A DNA stretch of 64,000 nucleotides from an uncultured delta proteobacterium (GTDB lineage: Bacteria; Desulfobacterota; Binatia; UBA9968). The stretch is taken from NCBI GenBank assembly GCA_963745035.1, contig CAVUVW010000014.1:64001-128000 (forward strand), written 5' to 3'. Below the pieces are notes generated by a model, which saw nothing but the letters and a program-made list of their open reading frames with translations, had not been told where the DNA came from and ran no database searches. Shown here one piece after another: positions 44,079 through 64,000 of the stretch (position 1 is the first letter of the stretch; each line of letters starts with the position of its first letter). The translations under genes and the position numbers were made by a program.

Positions 44079-45072
44079 GTGGAAAAATTATTTCTAACCG
44101 TCGCCTGCGGCGACTACGACCGCACCAAGCCTCTTCAGGACGGCTCGGTGGAGCCGGAAGGAATCAAACTCAACTACATGCCAATGCAGTCCGAAGAGAT
44201 ATTTTGGCGCATGGGCCACTACCGGGAATTCGACGTCTCGGAGATGTCCTTATCGAACCACATCACCATGCTCGGCCAAGGGAACTCGCCCTTCGTGGGC
44301 ATTCCCATCTTCCCTTCACGATTCTTCAGACACTCTTCGATCTATTACAATGTCGCATCGGGAATAAAAAAACCGGAGGATTTCAAAGGCAAAAGGGTCG
44401 GCACTCCGGAATTTGCGATGACGGCGGGCGTCTGGATTCGCGGCTTTTTAAAAGACGACTACGGCGTCCGCCCGCAGGATATGAAGTGGTTTCTCGGCGG
44501 TCAGGTGGAACCCGGCCGGAAGGAGCGCGTGAAACTCGACCTTCCCCCGGAAATGAGCGTCCAGTCTATCCCGGACGACAAAACTCTCAACGGCATGCTG
44601 GAGAGCGGTGAGATCGATGCGCTGATTTCCGCCCGCAGTCCTGCCGGGCTAGGCGACGGCTCAGGTAAAGTGCAACGGCTGTTTCCCAACTACAAGGACG
44701 TGGAAATCGATTATTACAAGCGCACCAAGATTTTTCCCATCATGCATATCCTGGTGATTCGCAAGGACGTGTATGAAGCCCATCCGTGGATTGCGCGGAG
44801 CCTGTACAAAGCGTTCTGCTGAAGCCAAGGATCGCGCATTTCAGACCATGCATATTTCCAACGCCCACGCCTGCACGCTGCCGTGGCTCTCCTGGGAAAG
44901 AGAGCAGCTCAGGGAAATCTTCGGCCCCGATTGGTGGCCCTACGGCATCGAGCCCAACCGCCACGTGCTCGAAGCGTTGCTCCGCTATTTGCAGGAGCAG
45001 GGATTGCTAAAAAGACCCTTGAAGGTCGAAGACATATTCGCCCCGAGCGCGATCGGAGAGTTCAAACTTTAA
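44079..45072 (+). CDS. 4,5-dihydroxyphthalate decarboxylase-like / solute-binding-fold protein, frameshift near 44820
   Basis: ACGDYDRT, FDVSEMSLS, FPSRFFRH, IFPIMH, WPYGIEPNR. Confidence 0.85.
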
Positions 45073-45073
45073 T

Positions 45074-45228
45074 AGGCAAGAGGCATGAGGCAACAGGCAA
45101 TAGTCTTGGATAAAGAAGCCTTTTTTTTCCATCGTCGGCGCGCCGGTTGGTTTCCCCTCCCTTGCTATTGCCTGTTGCCTAGTGCCTAATGCCTTCCCGC
45201 TCACGCCTCGCGCCTCATGCCTCGCGCC
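45074..45228. repeat. Inverted arrays of 7-mer AGGCAnn / nnGCCT repeats
   Basis: AGGCAAG AGGCATG AGGCAAC AGGCAAT versus ATTGCCT GTTGCCT AGTGCCT AATGCCT. Confidence 0.7.
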
Positions 45229-45623
45229 TAATCCGCTCCGCCCGCGTCGCTCATCTGGCCACGGCAGACGCGCACGGCCAGCCGCACGTCGTTCCCATCT
45301 GCTTCATCTTCGACGGCAAGAATTTTTATTCGCCGATCGACGAGAAACCGAAGCGCGTCACCGCGTCGAAGCTGAAACGGCTCAGAAACATCCGGGAGAA
45401 TCCCCAAGTCGCGCTGGTCATCGACCGCTATGACGAGAATTGGGCCAAGCTTGCGTACATTCTCATAACTGGCAGAGCTCGATTATTGGCAAGCGGTTCC
45501 AAACACCGCAAGGCGGTGAATCACCTTCGCAGAAAATATTCGCAGTACCGGAGAATGAGTATCGATCGGTTGCCGATGATATTGATTCGACCGACGCGTA
45601 TGACGACCTGGGGCGCGATGTAG
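45189..45623 (+). CDS. PPOX-class (putatively F420-dependent) oxidoreductase
   Basis: ARVAHLATAD..GQPHVVPICF, DEKPK, RLRNIRENP, DRYDENW. Confidence 0.88.
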   Translation: MPSRSRLAPHASRLIRSARVAHLATADAHGQPHVVPICFIFDGKNFYSPIDEKPKRVTASKLKRLRNIRENPQVALVIDRYDENWAKLAYILITGRARLLASGSKHRKAVNHLRRKYSQYRRMSIDRLPMILIRPTRMTTWGAM

Positions 45624-45627
45624 ACAG

Positions 45628-46971
45628 CTAGCCGCCAATCCCCAGTGATTTTAAAAGTCTAAACAAATATTTTTCGTGCAGGCCGAGCGCCCTCGCCGCC
45701 GCCGCGCGATTACCATGAGAGCGCTCGAGAGCCGCCAGAACCAACTCCCGGCGGTAATATTCCATGGCGTCACGATAGGACCGTCCGTCCAGCGACGGAC
45801 GGACGGCGGTTGCGACGATCCTGGACGGTAAATCCTTTATTGCCAGTAGCGGTCCGTTGCCCAGCACCACGGCCCTTTCGATGACATTGCCCAACTCGCG
45901 CACGTTGCCCGGCCAATCATAGGAACACAGCCGCCGCACGGCATCACTTGCAATCTCCGTGTGGTGCTTTTTTGCCTCTTTGGCGTAGCGGTCCATGAAA
46001 TAGTTCGCCAAGATCGGAATGTCTTCGGCTCGTTCTCTTAATGGAGCGAGCGTGATGGGCACGACGTTGAGACGATGATAAAGATCCTCGCGGAAGCGGC
46101 CGTCTTTGATCGCGCCCTCCAAGTCACGGTTGGTCGCAGCAATAATCCTGACGTCAACCTTGATCGGCCTGACGCCGCCGACCCTATCGAATTCTCGCTC
46201 TTGTAGAAATCTTAGCAGCTTGGTCTGCAACTCCTGGGAAACGTCGCCAATCTCGTCAAGAAACACCGTGCCGCCGTTGGCCAGCTCCATCTTGCCTTTT
46301 TTTTGTTGATCCGCCCCCGTGAAGGCGCCCTTCTCATGGCCGAACAGCTCGCTCTCGAGAAGCTCCTTGGACAGCCCCACGCAGTTGATGGCGACGAACG
46401 GTTGATCTTTCCTTTCGCTCCAGTTGTGAATGGCGCGCGCGAAGACTTCCTTCCCCGTGCCGCTCTCTCCGAGCAGCAGCACCGTGGCCTTGCTCGCCGC
46501 CGCCTTCCTCGCGGTTTCGACGGCTTCTTTCATTTTTTGGCTCGTGCCGATGATCAACCGATAGCGGCTGTCGGTTTCTTCCGAGAGCAGATCCAAACCC
46601 CGCTTCAATCCTTCGCGCTCCAAAGCTTTGCGCACCACGATATCGAAGTGTTGCGCGTCGATCGGTTTGGTGATGAAGTCGTGGGCGCCCACTTTCATCG
46701 CCTCTACCGCGGTTGCGATCGAGCCGTGCGCGGTAATCACGATCGTCGTAACGTCGAGGCCTTCCCCGCGCAGCGCGCGCAGCACTTCCATGCCGCCCAT
46801 CCGGGGCATCTCCAAATCCAGCAAAACAAGGTCCGCCGAATCCTTGCGGATCGCGGTCAGAGCCTGCTCGCCATTGCCGGCGGTGGCCACATCGCATTCC
46901 AGCGGCCGCAGCCGCACCTCAAGGAGACGGCGCGAAGCAGGGTCGTCATCGACAATCAGCACTCTGTTCAT
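45628..46971 (-). CDS. Sigma-54-dependent response regulator (NtrC/AtoC family)
   Basis: Receiver, GESGTGKE, GAFTGA, WPGNVREL, Fis-type HTH. Confidence 0.95.
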   Translation of the reverse strand: MNRVLIVDDDPASRRLLEVRLRPLECDVATAGNGEQALTAIRKDSADLVLLDLEMPRMGGMEVLRALRGEGLDVTTIVITAHGSIATAVEAMKVGAHDFITKPIDAQHFDIVVRKALEREGLKRGLDLLSEETDSRYRLIIGTSQKMKEAVETARKAAASKATVLLLGESGTGKEVFARAIHNWSERKDQPFVAINCVGLSKELLESELFGHEKGAFTGADQQKKGKMELANGGTVFLDEIGDVSQELQTKLLRFLQEREFDRVGGVRPIKVDVRIIAATNRDLEGAIKDGRFREDLYHRLNVVPITLAPLRERAEDIPILANYFMDRYAKEAKKHHTEIASDAVRRLCSYDWPGNVRELGNVIERAVVLGNGPLLAIKDLPSRIVATAVRPSLDGRSYRDAMEYYRRELVLAALERSHGNRAAAARALGLHEKYLFRLLKSLGIGG

Positions 46972-46989
46972 CTGGAAAACCTGATGCTT

Positions 46990-47436
46990 TTAAGCTGAAT
47001 CACCGGCTGTAAAAATCGGTTCAAAACCTTGTGCTTCGGCGGCTTCGCAGAGGCGGCTGTCAGCGCAGACAAATGCCCAACGATGACTTGGACTGGTGCG
47101 GGCGAGGAGCAACGCCGAAGCAAGATGAATCGCGTCCGCAGAGCGAAGAGGATGGCGGTAAAGCAACTGGCGGGCGAGCCGAAGGACCGTTTCGCTCAGT
47201 ACGACGATATCGTAGCTTTCCCAGTCTTTGTCGAAGCGCAGGGCTAGCCGCCTGCTCGTTTCACGGGTCAACCGGCCTTCGCGGCTCCGTCTGCCAAACG
47301 CCGCATGCGTCTCCGCATAGGTGAGACTCGCCGTATATACCTTATCGCCGGTTTTCAGAAGCTCCAATACGATTTTAGAACCCGCCTCCTGAAGATACTG
47401 CTTAACCAGCGCGCTGGTGTCAAAGTATCGCACCAC
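46990..47436 (-). CDS. VapC-family PIN toxin
   Basis: YFDTSALVK, LRSADAIHLAS, CADSRL. Confidence 0.9.
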   Translation of the reverse strand: MVRYFDTSALVKQYLQEAGSKIVLELLKTGDKVYTASLTYAETHAAFGRRSREGRLTRETSRRLALRFDKDWESYDIVVLSETVLRLARQLLYRHPLRSADAIHLASALLLARTSPSHRWAFVCADSRLCEAAEAQGFEPIFTAGDSA

Positions 47437-47704
47437 GATCCTCCAATACGGCCTCCGAAATCCGCGCATTTCGCACTTTCAGCGCACGCCTGAGCGGTTT
47501 TGGCCTATGCTTGGAGGGCCTAATCAAACCCTTTTCCACCAACGAGTTTAACGCTTCTTCGGCCTCCCTGCCCTGCGCTCGAATCGGGATTACCTTTGCG
47601 ACTGGACGATTGCGCACCGTGACCGTGAGGCTGTCTCCCGCTTCAACAGCGCGCAGATAACGAGCTAGTTGCGTCTTCAGTTGTCTCATTCCTACGTATT
47701 TCAT
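47420..47704 (-). CDS. Phd/YefM-family antitoxin
   Basis: VGMRQLKTQLARYLRAVEAG...NRPVA; overlaps toxin start. Confidence 0.9.
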   Translation of the reverse strand: MKYVGMRQLKTQLARYLRAVEAGDSLTVTVRNRPVAKVIPIRAQGREAEEALNSLVEKGLIRPSKHRPKPLRRALKVRNARISEAVLEDRGAIL

Positions 47705-48017
47705 GTGGTCACATTGTTGAACGTTGTGGTCCCTAAGTCACCCGCGGTCGCCCGTGAAGCATCGCCTCCGCCGATCTGTTATTCAACACAGAGACGCAGC
47801 ATAGAAAAGTTCAAAACGTTCAAGCCGTTCAACCGCTGCGCTCAGTTCACCCCCCCACCCCGGATCACGTCCGGGGCAGGCTCTCTTTCCTCTCCCGCGT
47901 CCCGGGGGGCGGATGAAGCAGGGGAATTACCTTTGCGTCTTTGCGCCTTTCCGGGAGAACATCTCGTATCAAACCTCTTAACTCTGCGTCCTCGGCGCCT
48001 CAGCGGTGACTCCGTTC

Positions 48018-48407
48018 CTAATCTTCGATCTTCGCCTTGTTCCCCACATGCGCCGCGACTTCTTGGATGAACATGGTCTTGTCGATAGGCTTGGTGACAT
48101 AGCCGGCGCAGCCGGCGGCCAGCGCCCTTTCCTTGTCCCCTTTCATGGCGAAGGAAGTAACGGCGATAACCGGGATAGCCGCGGTCGCCGGTTGCTCCTT
48201 AAGTTTCCTGGTAATTTCCAGACCGTCCATTCCGGGGAGTTGAATGTCCATTACGATCAGATCCGGCCGCTCTTTCTCGACCATCTCGAACGCCGCCGCC
48301 CCCGTGCTCGCCTCGCGCACCTGGTAGCCGTGCGAGCGCAGCAAGAAACCCGCAAGACGCCGATTCACCTCATTGTCTTCAACCAACAAAATTTTCTTTT
48401 CATTCAT
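48018..48407 (-). CDS. Single-domain response regulator (DivK/CheY-like)
   Basis: ILLVEDN, MDIQLPGMDG, AGCAGYVTKP. Confidence 0.93.
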   Translation of the reverse strand: MNEKKILLVEDNEVNRRLAGFLLRSHGYQVREASTGAAAFEMVEKERPDLIVMDIQLPGMDGLEITRKLKEQPATAAIPVIAVTSFAMKGDKERALAAGCAGYVTKPIDKTMFIQEVAAHVGNKAKIED

Positions 48408-48419
48408 AAAGATTTTTTC

Positions 48420-48728
48420 CCGCAAAGGCGCAAAGACGCTAAGTTTTCACCGCAGAGACACGGAGTTCACAGAGGTCGGATAATGTCTTCATTTAAAAAT
48501 CTCTTCACTCTGCGTTCTCTGCGCCTCCGCGGTGATGATATCCGAATTCCTATTCACCGCAGAGACGCAGAGTTCGCAGAGGTTATTAATTTTCTTGCCT
48601 CCGCGACCTCGGCGCCTCCGCGGTGAGAATATTCTTAACATCCCCTACCTTTGCGCCTTCGCGCCTTTGCGAGAGATAATCTTTCTCCGGACTCCCCAAT
48701 CCAAAATCCAAAATCGCAAATCCAAAAT

Positions 48729-48730
<2 letters not shown>
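48420..48730. repeat. Nested palindrome cluster plus AATCCAA 7-mer run
   Basis: Outer CGCAAAGGCGCAAAG / CTTTGCGCC..CTTTGCG arms enclose two CACCGC..GCGGTG units. Confidence 0.8.
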
Positions 48731-60288
<11,558 letters not shown>

Positions 60289-60315
60289 CGACCCCGCCCA
60301 CCGAATCCAATCAAA

Positions 60316-61724
60316 TTAAGGTTCTTCAGGCTTTCGTATGAAATAGAACTCGGAAATTTCACCGCCGAGGCGCGGAGCGCGCAGAGAAAATAGTATAAAT
60401 TTCATCGCTTGAACAAAGTCTCTGCGAACTCGGCGTCTCTGTGGAATCCGCTTCACAACGATCCCAGAAAAACCGAAATCAAGAGACTCGCTCCACCTTC
60501 CGTTTTGTCTCGCGCCGATCTGCTCCGCCAAAAAAGCCGCGTTTTCCGCCGATCCGCCAAAAGATAGAAAGCCTGATTTCTGTTTGTGGAGCCAGCGCAA
60601 TCCGAGAAAATAGATTCCCGGAAATTGCGTGACGCCACACTCGCCTAAAGGCTCCCTGCGCTCGTCGAGAAGCGGTAGTTTTAACCAATCGTAGTCGTTG
60701 TCGAATCCGTTGCCCAGATGATCGAAGTAATTCCCGCGGACCTGAGATCCAATTCCAGAATCGGCGCCGATGCGCTGCCTTAGCCTGGGGGGTGACTCCG
60801 CTGGGAGATCCAATTTGTTTTTGGCGACGTAGTCGTCCACCGCTTTCTTGAAGTTGGCGAGCCACTCGTCTCCTTTGGCGAGGTTGTCTTCCAAGTCGGG
60901 AGCCAAAGCGAGTGTAGCTCCCTTGACGGCTTTTAACCGGCCCAACAACACGATTCCCTTTGAAGCCAATCCCGCCAGTCGGCCTCGTAGCCGCCATTGA
61001 CGCCGGTCAACAAGGGACCGCGGCGGCTGAAAGATCGCTGGCGACTCCGCTCGCCGGCGCTCAAACATTCCCAACTCGACCCCCCACCATGCGTAGTCGC
61101 GACCGCGGTAGCGTCGCGCGAGGCGCCGATGGCGACCCATGCAGACGTAGACTTGTCGACCATGTTGATGAAGGTCTTCAGCGATTTGAAAGCCCGATGC
61201 CCACTTCCCACGACCAGTACGGCCCCTGGCGGCAATTCACCGGCATTGCGGTATGCGCTCGAATGCAGCTGGCGGATATCATTCGGCACCTCGGAACTGA
61301 ACGGTGGAATGACACCCTTTTCGCGCTGTCCGGTGGCAATGACCACATTGCTGGCTTCAATGGCGCCTGTGTTCGTGCGCAGCAGATAGGGCATCGAATT
61401 TGACGAGTTCTCCAACGCGGTGACGCCGACGCCGCTCCTCACTGGGGCTTTTATGAAATCGGCGTATTCTTGAATGAATCGAACGATTTCCCGGCCCGGG
61501 ACAAAGCCGTCGGGATCTTCAGTTTGATATTTGTAGCCGGGTAGCTCGATGGTCCAGTTGGGAAATTGAAAATGGAACGAGTCCCACCGTTCGCTGATCC
61601 AGCGCTCACCCACCCGTCCCCGCTCGACAATCACATGTTCGAGACCGCGTTCACTGAGAAAATAACTCATCGTCAGGCCGGCGTGGCCAGCGCCGATGAT
61701 GACTGTATCGATCTTTTCGTTCAC
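60316..61724 (-). CDS. Flavin-containing monooxygenase-like FAD/NAD(P)-binding oxidoreductase, frameshifted
   Basis: IIGAGHAG, ERWDSF, VVIATG, LHSSAYRN, VLVVGSG, PGIYFLGL. Confidence 0.85.
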
Positions 61725-62181
61725 AGCGATCTCCTTGCCTTCCGCGCCTCCGCGGTGAATCCGGCCGAGAGCCTATTCGACCATCAAGTTTGCGGTCAAA
61801 CGCACTTTAAGGGGACAGAGCAACGAGCGCACCAATGGACACGGTCCACCAACGCAGCATTGAAGCTGCTGAATTGTCGAGGAAATCGATGGTCGAAAGG
61901 CGAAAACACAGATCGGTCAATTCAAACGGTAACTTTCAGATTACCGCTAATCAGTGGCCGGTAAGAAAAAAGTTACCCCGGGTCTGCGCGGTGTGCGTAT
62001 GAGACAAAAAGAGTGAGTTTGAACCGCGCTCTTGTGCGCGGCGGCATGAAAGCATTTTTTTGCCGTATCTCTGGACAGTGGACTAATCATAGTCATAACA
62101 GTTGACTTCGGACGGAAAGGACAAGCTTGAAAACGTATGCCTATATCTTTAATGTGTATGCATAATTGGGTGGAGGTTAGA

Positions 62182-62385
62182 ATGGCAGAGAAAGCGAGGT
62201 TGAAGCGTAAATCCTATTTTGTCGATGAGCGCGCGCTTAGCCGGGCGAAAAAAGCTCTTGGCGTCAAAACCGAAGCAGAGGTCATTCGCTTATCGGTCGA
62301 GCGTGTCGCTGAAATGGAGGAATTTTGGGAGTTTATGAAAAAAACTCGCCGGAAGCTCCGGCCTGGTAGCGTGGAGAAATCCTAA
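62182..62385 (+). CDS. VapB-like antitoxin
   Basis: Small RHH-like ORF directly upstream of PIN gene. Confidence 0.75.
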   Translation: MAEKARLKRKSYFVDERALSRAKKALGVKTEAEVIRLSVERVAEMEEFWEFMKKTRRKLRPGSVEKS

Positions 62386-62386
62386 G

Positions 62387-62800
62387 ATGGCCGTAGCAAT
62401 TTTGGATACTAGTGTTTATATCGATCATTGGCAACTCGGCCTATACCAAGAAACTCTGGAGAATCTCAGGCGAGCTTATATTATCCGCCATTCAGCAGTC
62501 GTCCTATCAGAGCTTCGGCGCGGTGCTCGCGGGCGAGAAGCCGAGCAGCTCGTCGCCAACCTTTACGATTTGGCCACGGCCCGATGGGAACCTTCCGCAG
62601 CCGACTGGTGGGAAGCAGGCAGGCTGGTCCGAAAGATCGGTGATAAGCAGGGCTGGGACATACACAAGCGGCGAGATTTTCAAAACGATGCATTAATTGC
62701 GCTCACTGCACGACGTCACGGCGCAACCGTCGTTACTGCCAATAGTTCAGATTTCGAGCTGCTTCGATCGGAATTGCGAATTCCGGTTCTCACGGCTTGA
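62387..62800 (+). CDS. VapC-family PIN toxin
   Basis: ILDTSVYID, VVLSEL, NDALIA, TAN..DF. Confidence 0.9.
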   Translation: MAVAILDTSVYIDHWQLGLYQETLENLRRAYIIRHSAVVLSELRRGARGREAEQLVANLYDLATARWEPSAADWWEAGRLVRKIGDKQGWDIHKRRDFQNDALIALTARRHGATVVTANSSDFELLRSELRIPVLTA

Positions 62801-62956
62801 AAGTGGCGCGTGGGGCGAAAAGCGAGGACAGACGCCCCGCTGCACCGGCAGAGCCAAGATTTTCCCTAGAGTACCTGCCCGAATGCGGCCTGACAGGAAC
62901 CGGACTTGACCGGGCTAATCAACCTGACCGTAATGGTCACATTGAGGGATTCTCAA

Positions 62957-63247
62957 ATGAAGATCGCAACCGTATCGAAGCTAAAAGCATCGCTCAGCGA
63001 GTATCTCAGAGAAGTGAAGGCAGGCGAAGAGGTTTTGGTAACCGAACGGGGGCGGGCAATCGCGAAGCTCACCCCGGCGGAAAGCTCGGCCACCTTGCCG
63101 CAACATCTTGCCGAGATGGAAAAGCAGGGTTTGATAAAGGTTGGGAGTGCCAAATTGCCAAAGGATTTTTGGAATCTTCCTCGTCCAAAGGATTCCAAGG
63201 GCCTGGTCCTAAAGTCACTATTGCAGGAGAGGGAGGAAGGGCGGTGA
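62957..63247 (+). CDS. Phd/YefM-family antitoxin
   Basis: VSKLKASLSEYLREVKAGEEVLVTERGRAIA. Confidence 0.9.
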   Translation: MKIATVSKLKASLSEYLREVKAGEEVLVTERGRAIAKLTPAESSATLPQHLAEMEKQGLIKVGSAKLPKDFWNLPRPKDSKGLVLKSLLQEREEGR

Positions 63248-63673
63248 TTTTCTGGGATAGCTCCGCGATCGCTCCCTTGTGTGTCAAATGAGCCTTCAAG
63301 CGCAACAGTTAGATCGATTCTCGTCGACGACCCGGTCGCTATGGTTTGGTGGACAACACGCACCGAATGTATTTCGGCCCTCGCTCGGCAAATGTGGGAA
63401 GGCGGCATCACGCTCGCCGGCGAAAGACAGGCGCGAGACGTGCTGCATAAATTTGCGAGTATATGGCTTGAGATTCAACCCACCAACAGCCTGCGAGCTG
63501 TCGCAGAAAGGATGCTTGGCGTCCACGCGCTGAGAGCGGCGGACGCGTTTCAGTTGGCTGCGGCGCTGCAATGGTGTCGAGGAGAAACCAGCGGAATGTC
63601 TCTAGTATGTTTTGATGGTCGCCTTCGTAGCGCGGCGCACAGAGAAGGCTTTACCGTTCTCCCCGCCGAATAA
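63244..63673 (+). CDS. VapC-family PIN toxin, frameshift near 63285
   Basis: FWDSSAI; LRAADAFQLAAA; CFDGRL. Confidence 0.88.
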
Positions 63674-63800
63674 GATCCCCAGCACTCAAGAATCCCCGCA
63701 TCGTGACGAAAAGGGGATAGGCCTTTTTTTTCTTCTTGCGTGACGCGTTCTAAGATTTCCACAATCGGACTTATCCCCGTTTTTCCCCTCTTTATCTGAA

Positions 63801-64000
63801 TCAGCTCTTCGCGCGTTCCAGGACCCCGAGATCGATCAGCATGCCCAGCTCGTCTCGACTTACCCATTCCTCCGCGATTTTCCCATCGTGAAATCGGAAA
63901 ATCGCGATTGCCGGCCAGGTGACCGTCTTTCCCGCCACAATGTGCGTGCCGAGACGACTCGTCCATTCGCTGCGGTTCACCGCCCGATGACTCAATCTAC
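63801..64000 (-). CDS. SnoaL-like / ester cyclase family, C-terminal part
   Basis: GTH...GKTVTW..IAIFRFHDGKIAEEW. Confidence 0.75.
   Translation of the reverse strand, partial: RLSHRAVNRSEWTSRLGTHIVAGKTVTWPAIAIFRFHDGKIAEEWVSRDELGMLIDLGVLERAKS

Noticed and set aside
34500-44830. Programmed frameshifting or pseudogenisation of gshB, prmA, the amidohydrolase and the decarboxylase-like gene
   Set aside because: Isolated single indels in otherwise intact conserved genes are best explained as sequencing error

Overview
The window has two parts. (1) 1-33.4 kb is a lower-GC accessory region ending in a tyrosine integrase beside the 3' end of tRNA-Phe(GAA). It holds a Mo/W-related gene group, many small orphan genes, remnants (Mrr, TIR, SRAP, ABC solute-binding protein, desaturase), an orphan TadE-TadE-TadG trio, four paralogs of one uncharacterised two-repeat family, and a near-identical ~937-bp duplication. 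At least four families of decayed gene fragments recur on the + strand, several times bracketing a cargo gene. (2) 33.5-64 kb is backbone (gshB, RDD, rsmE, prmA, FAH, DUF1015, dihydroorotase-like, ABC genes, PPOX) followed by a signalling locus: an NtrC-type sigma-54 activator, a single-domain receiver, and a ~10-kb histidine kinase gene. I count 18 GAF domains in that gene (a ~1-kb A/B unit repeated 8.5 times plus a terminal GAF); it is interrupted by an IS1182-like element with a 4-bp target duplication. Three vapBC-type modules lie nearby. Single-base frameshifts occur even in housekeeping genes, so many breaks are probably uncorrected long-read errors. Gene families and repeat style suggest Candidatus Binatia (inference). 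All family calls are motif recognition by eye; no searches were run.
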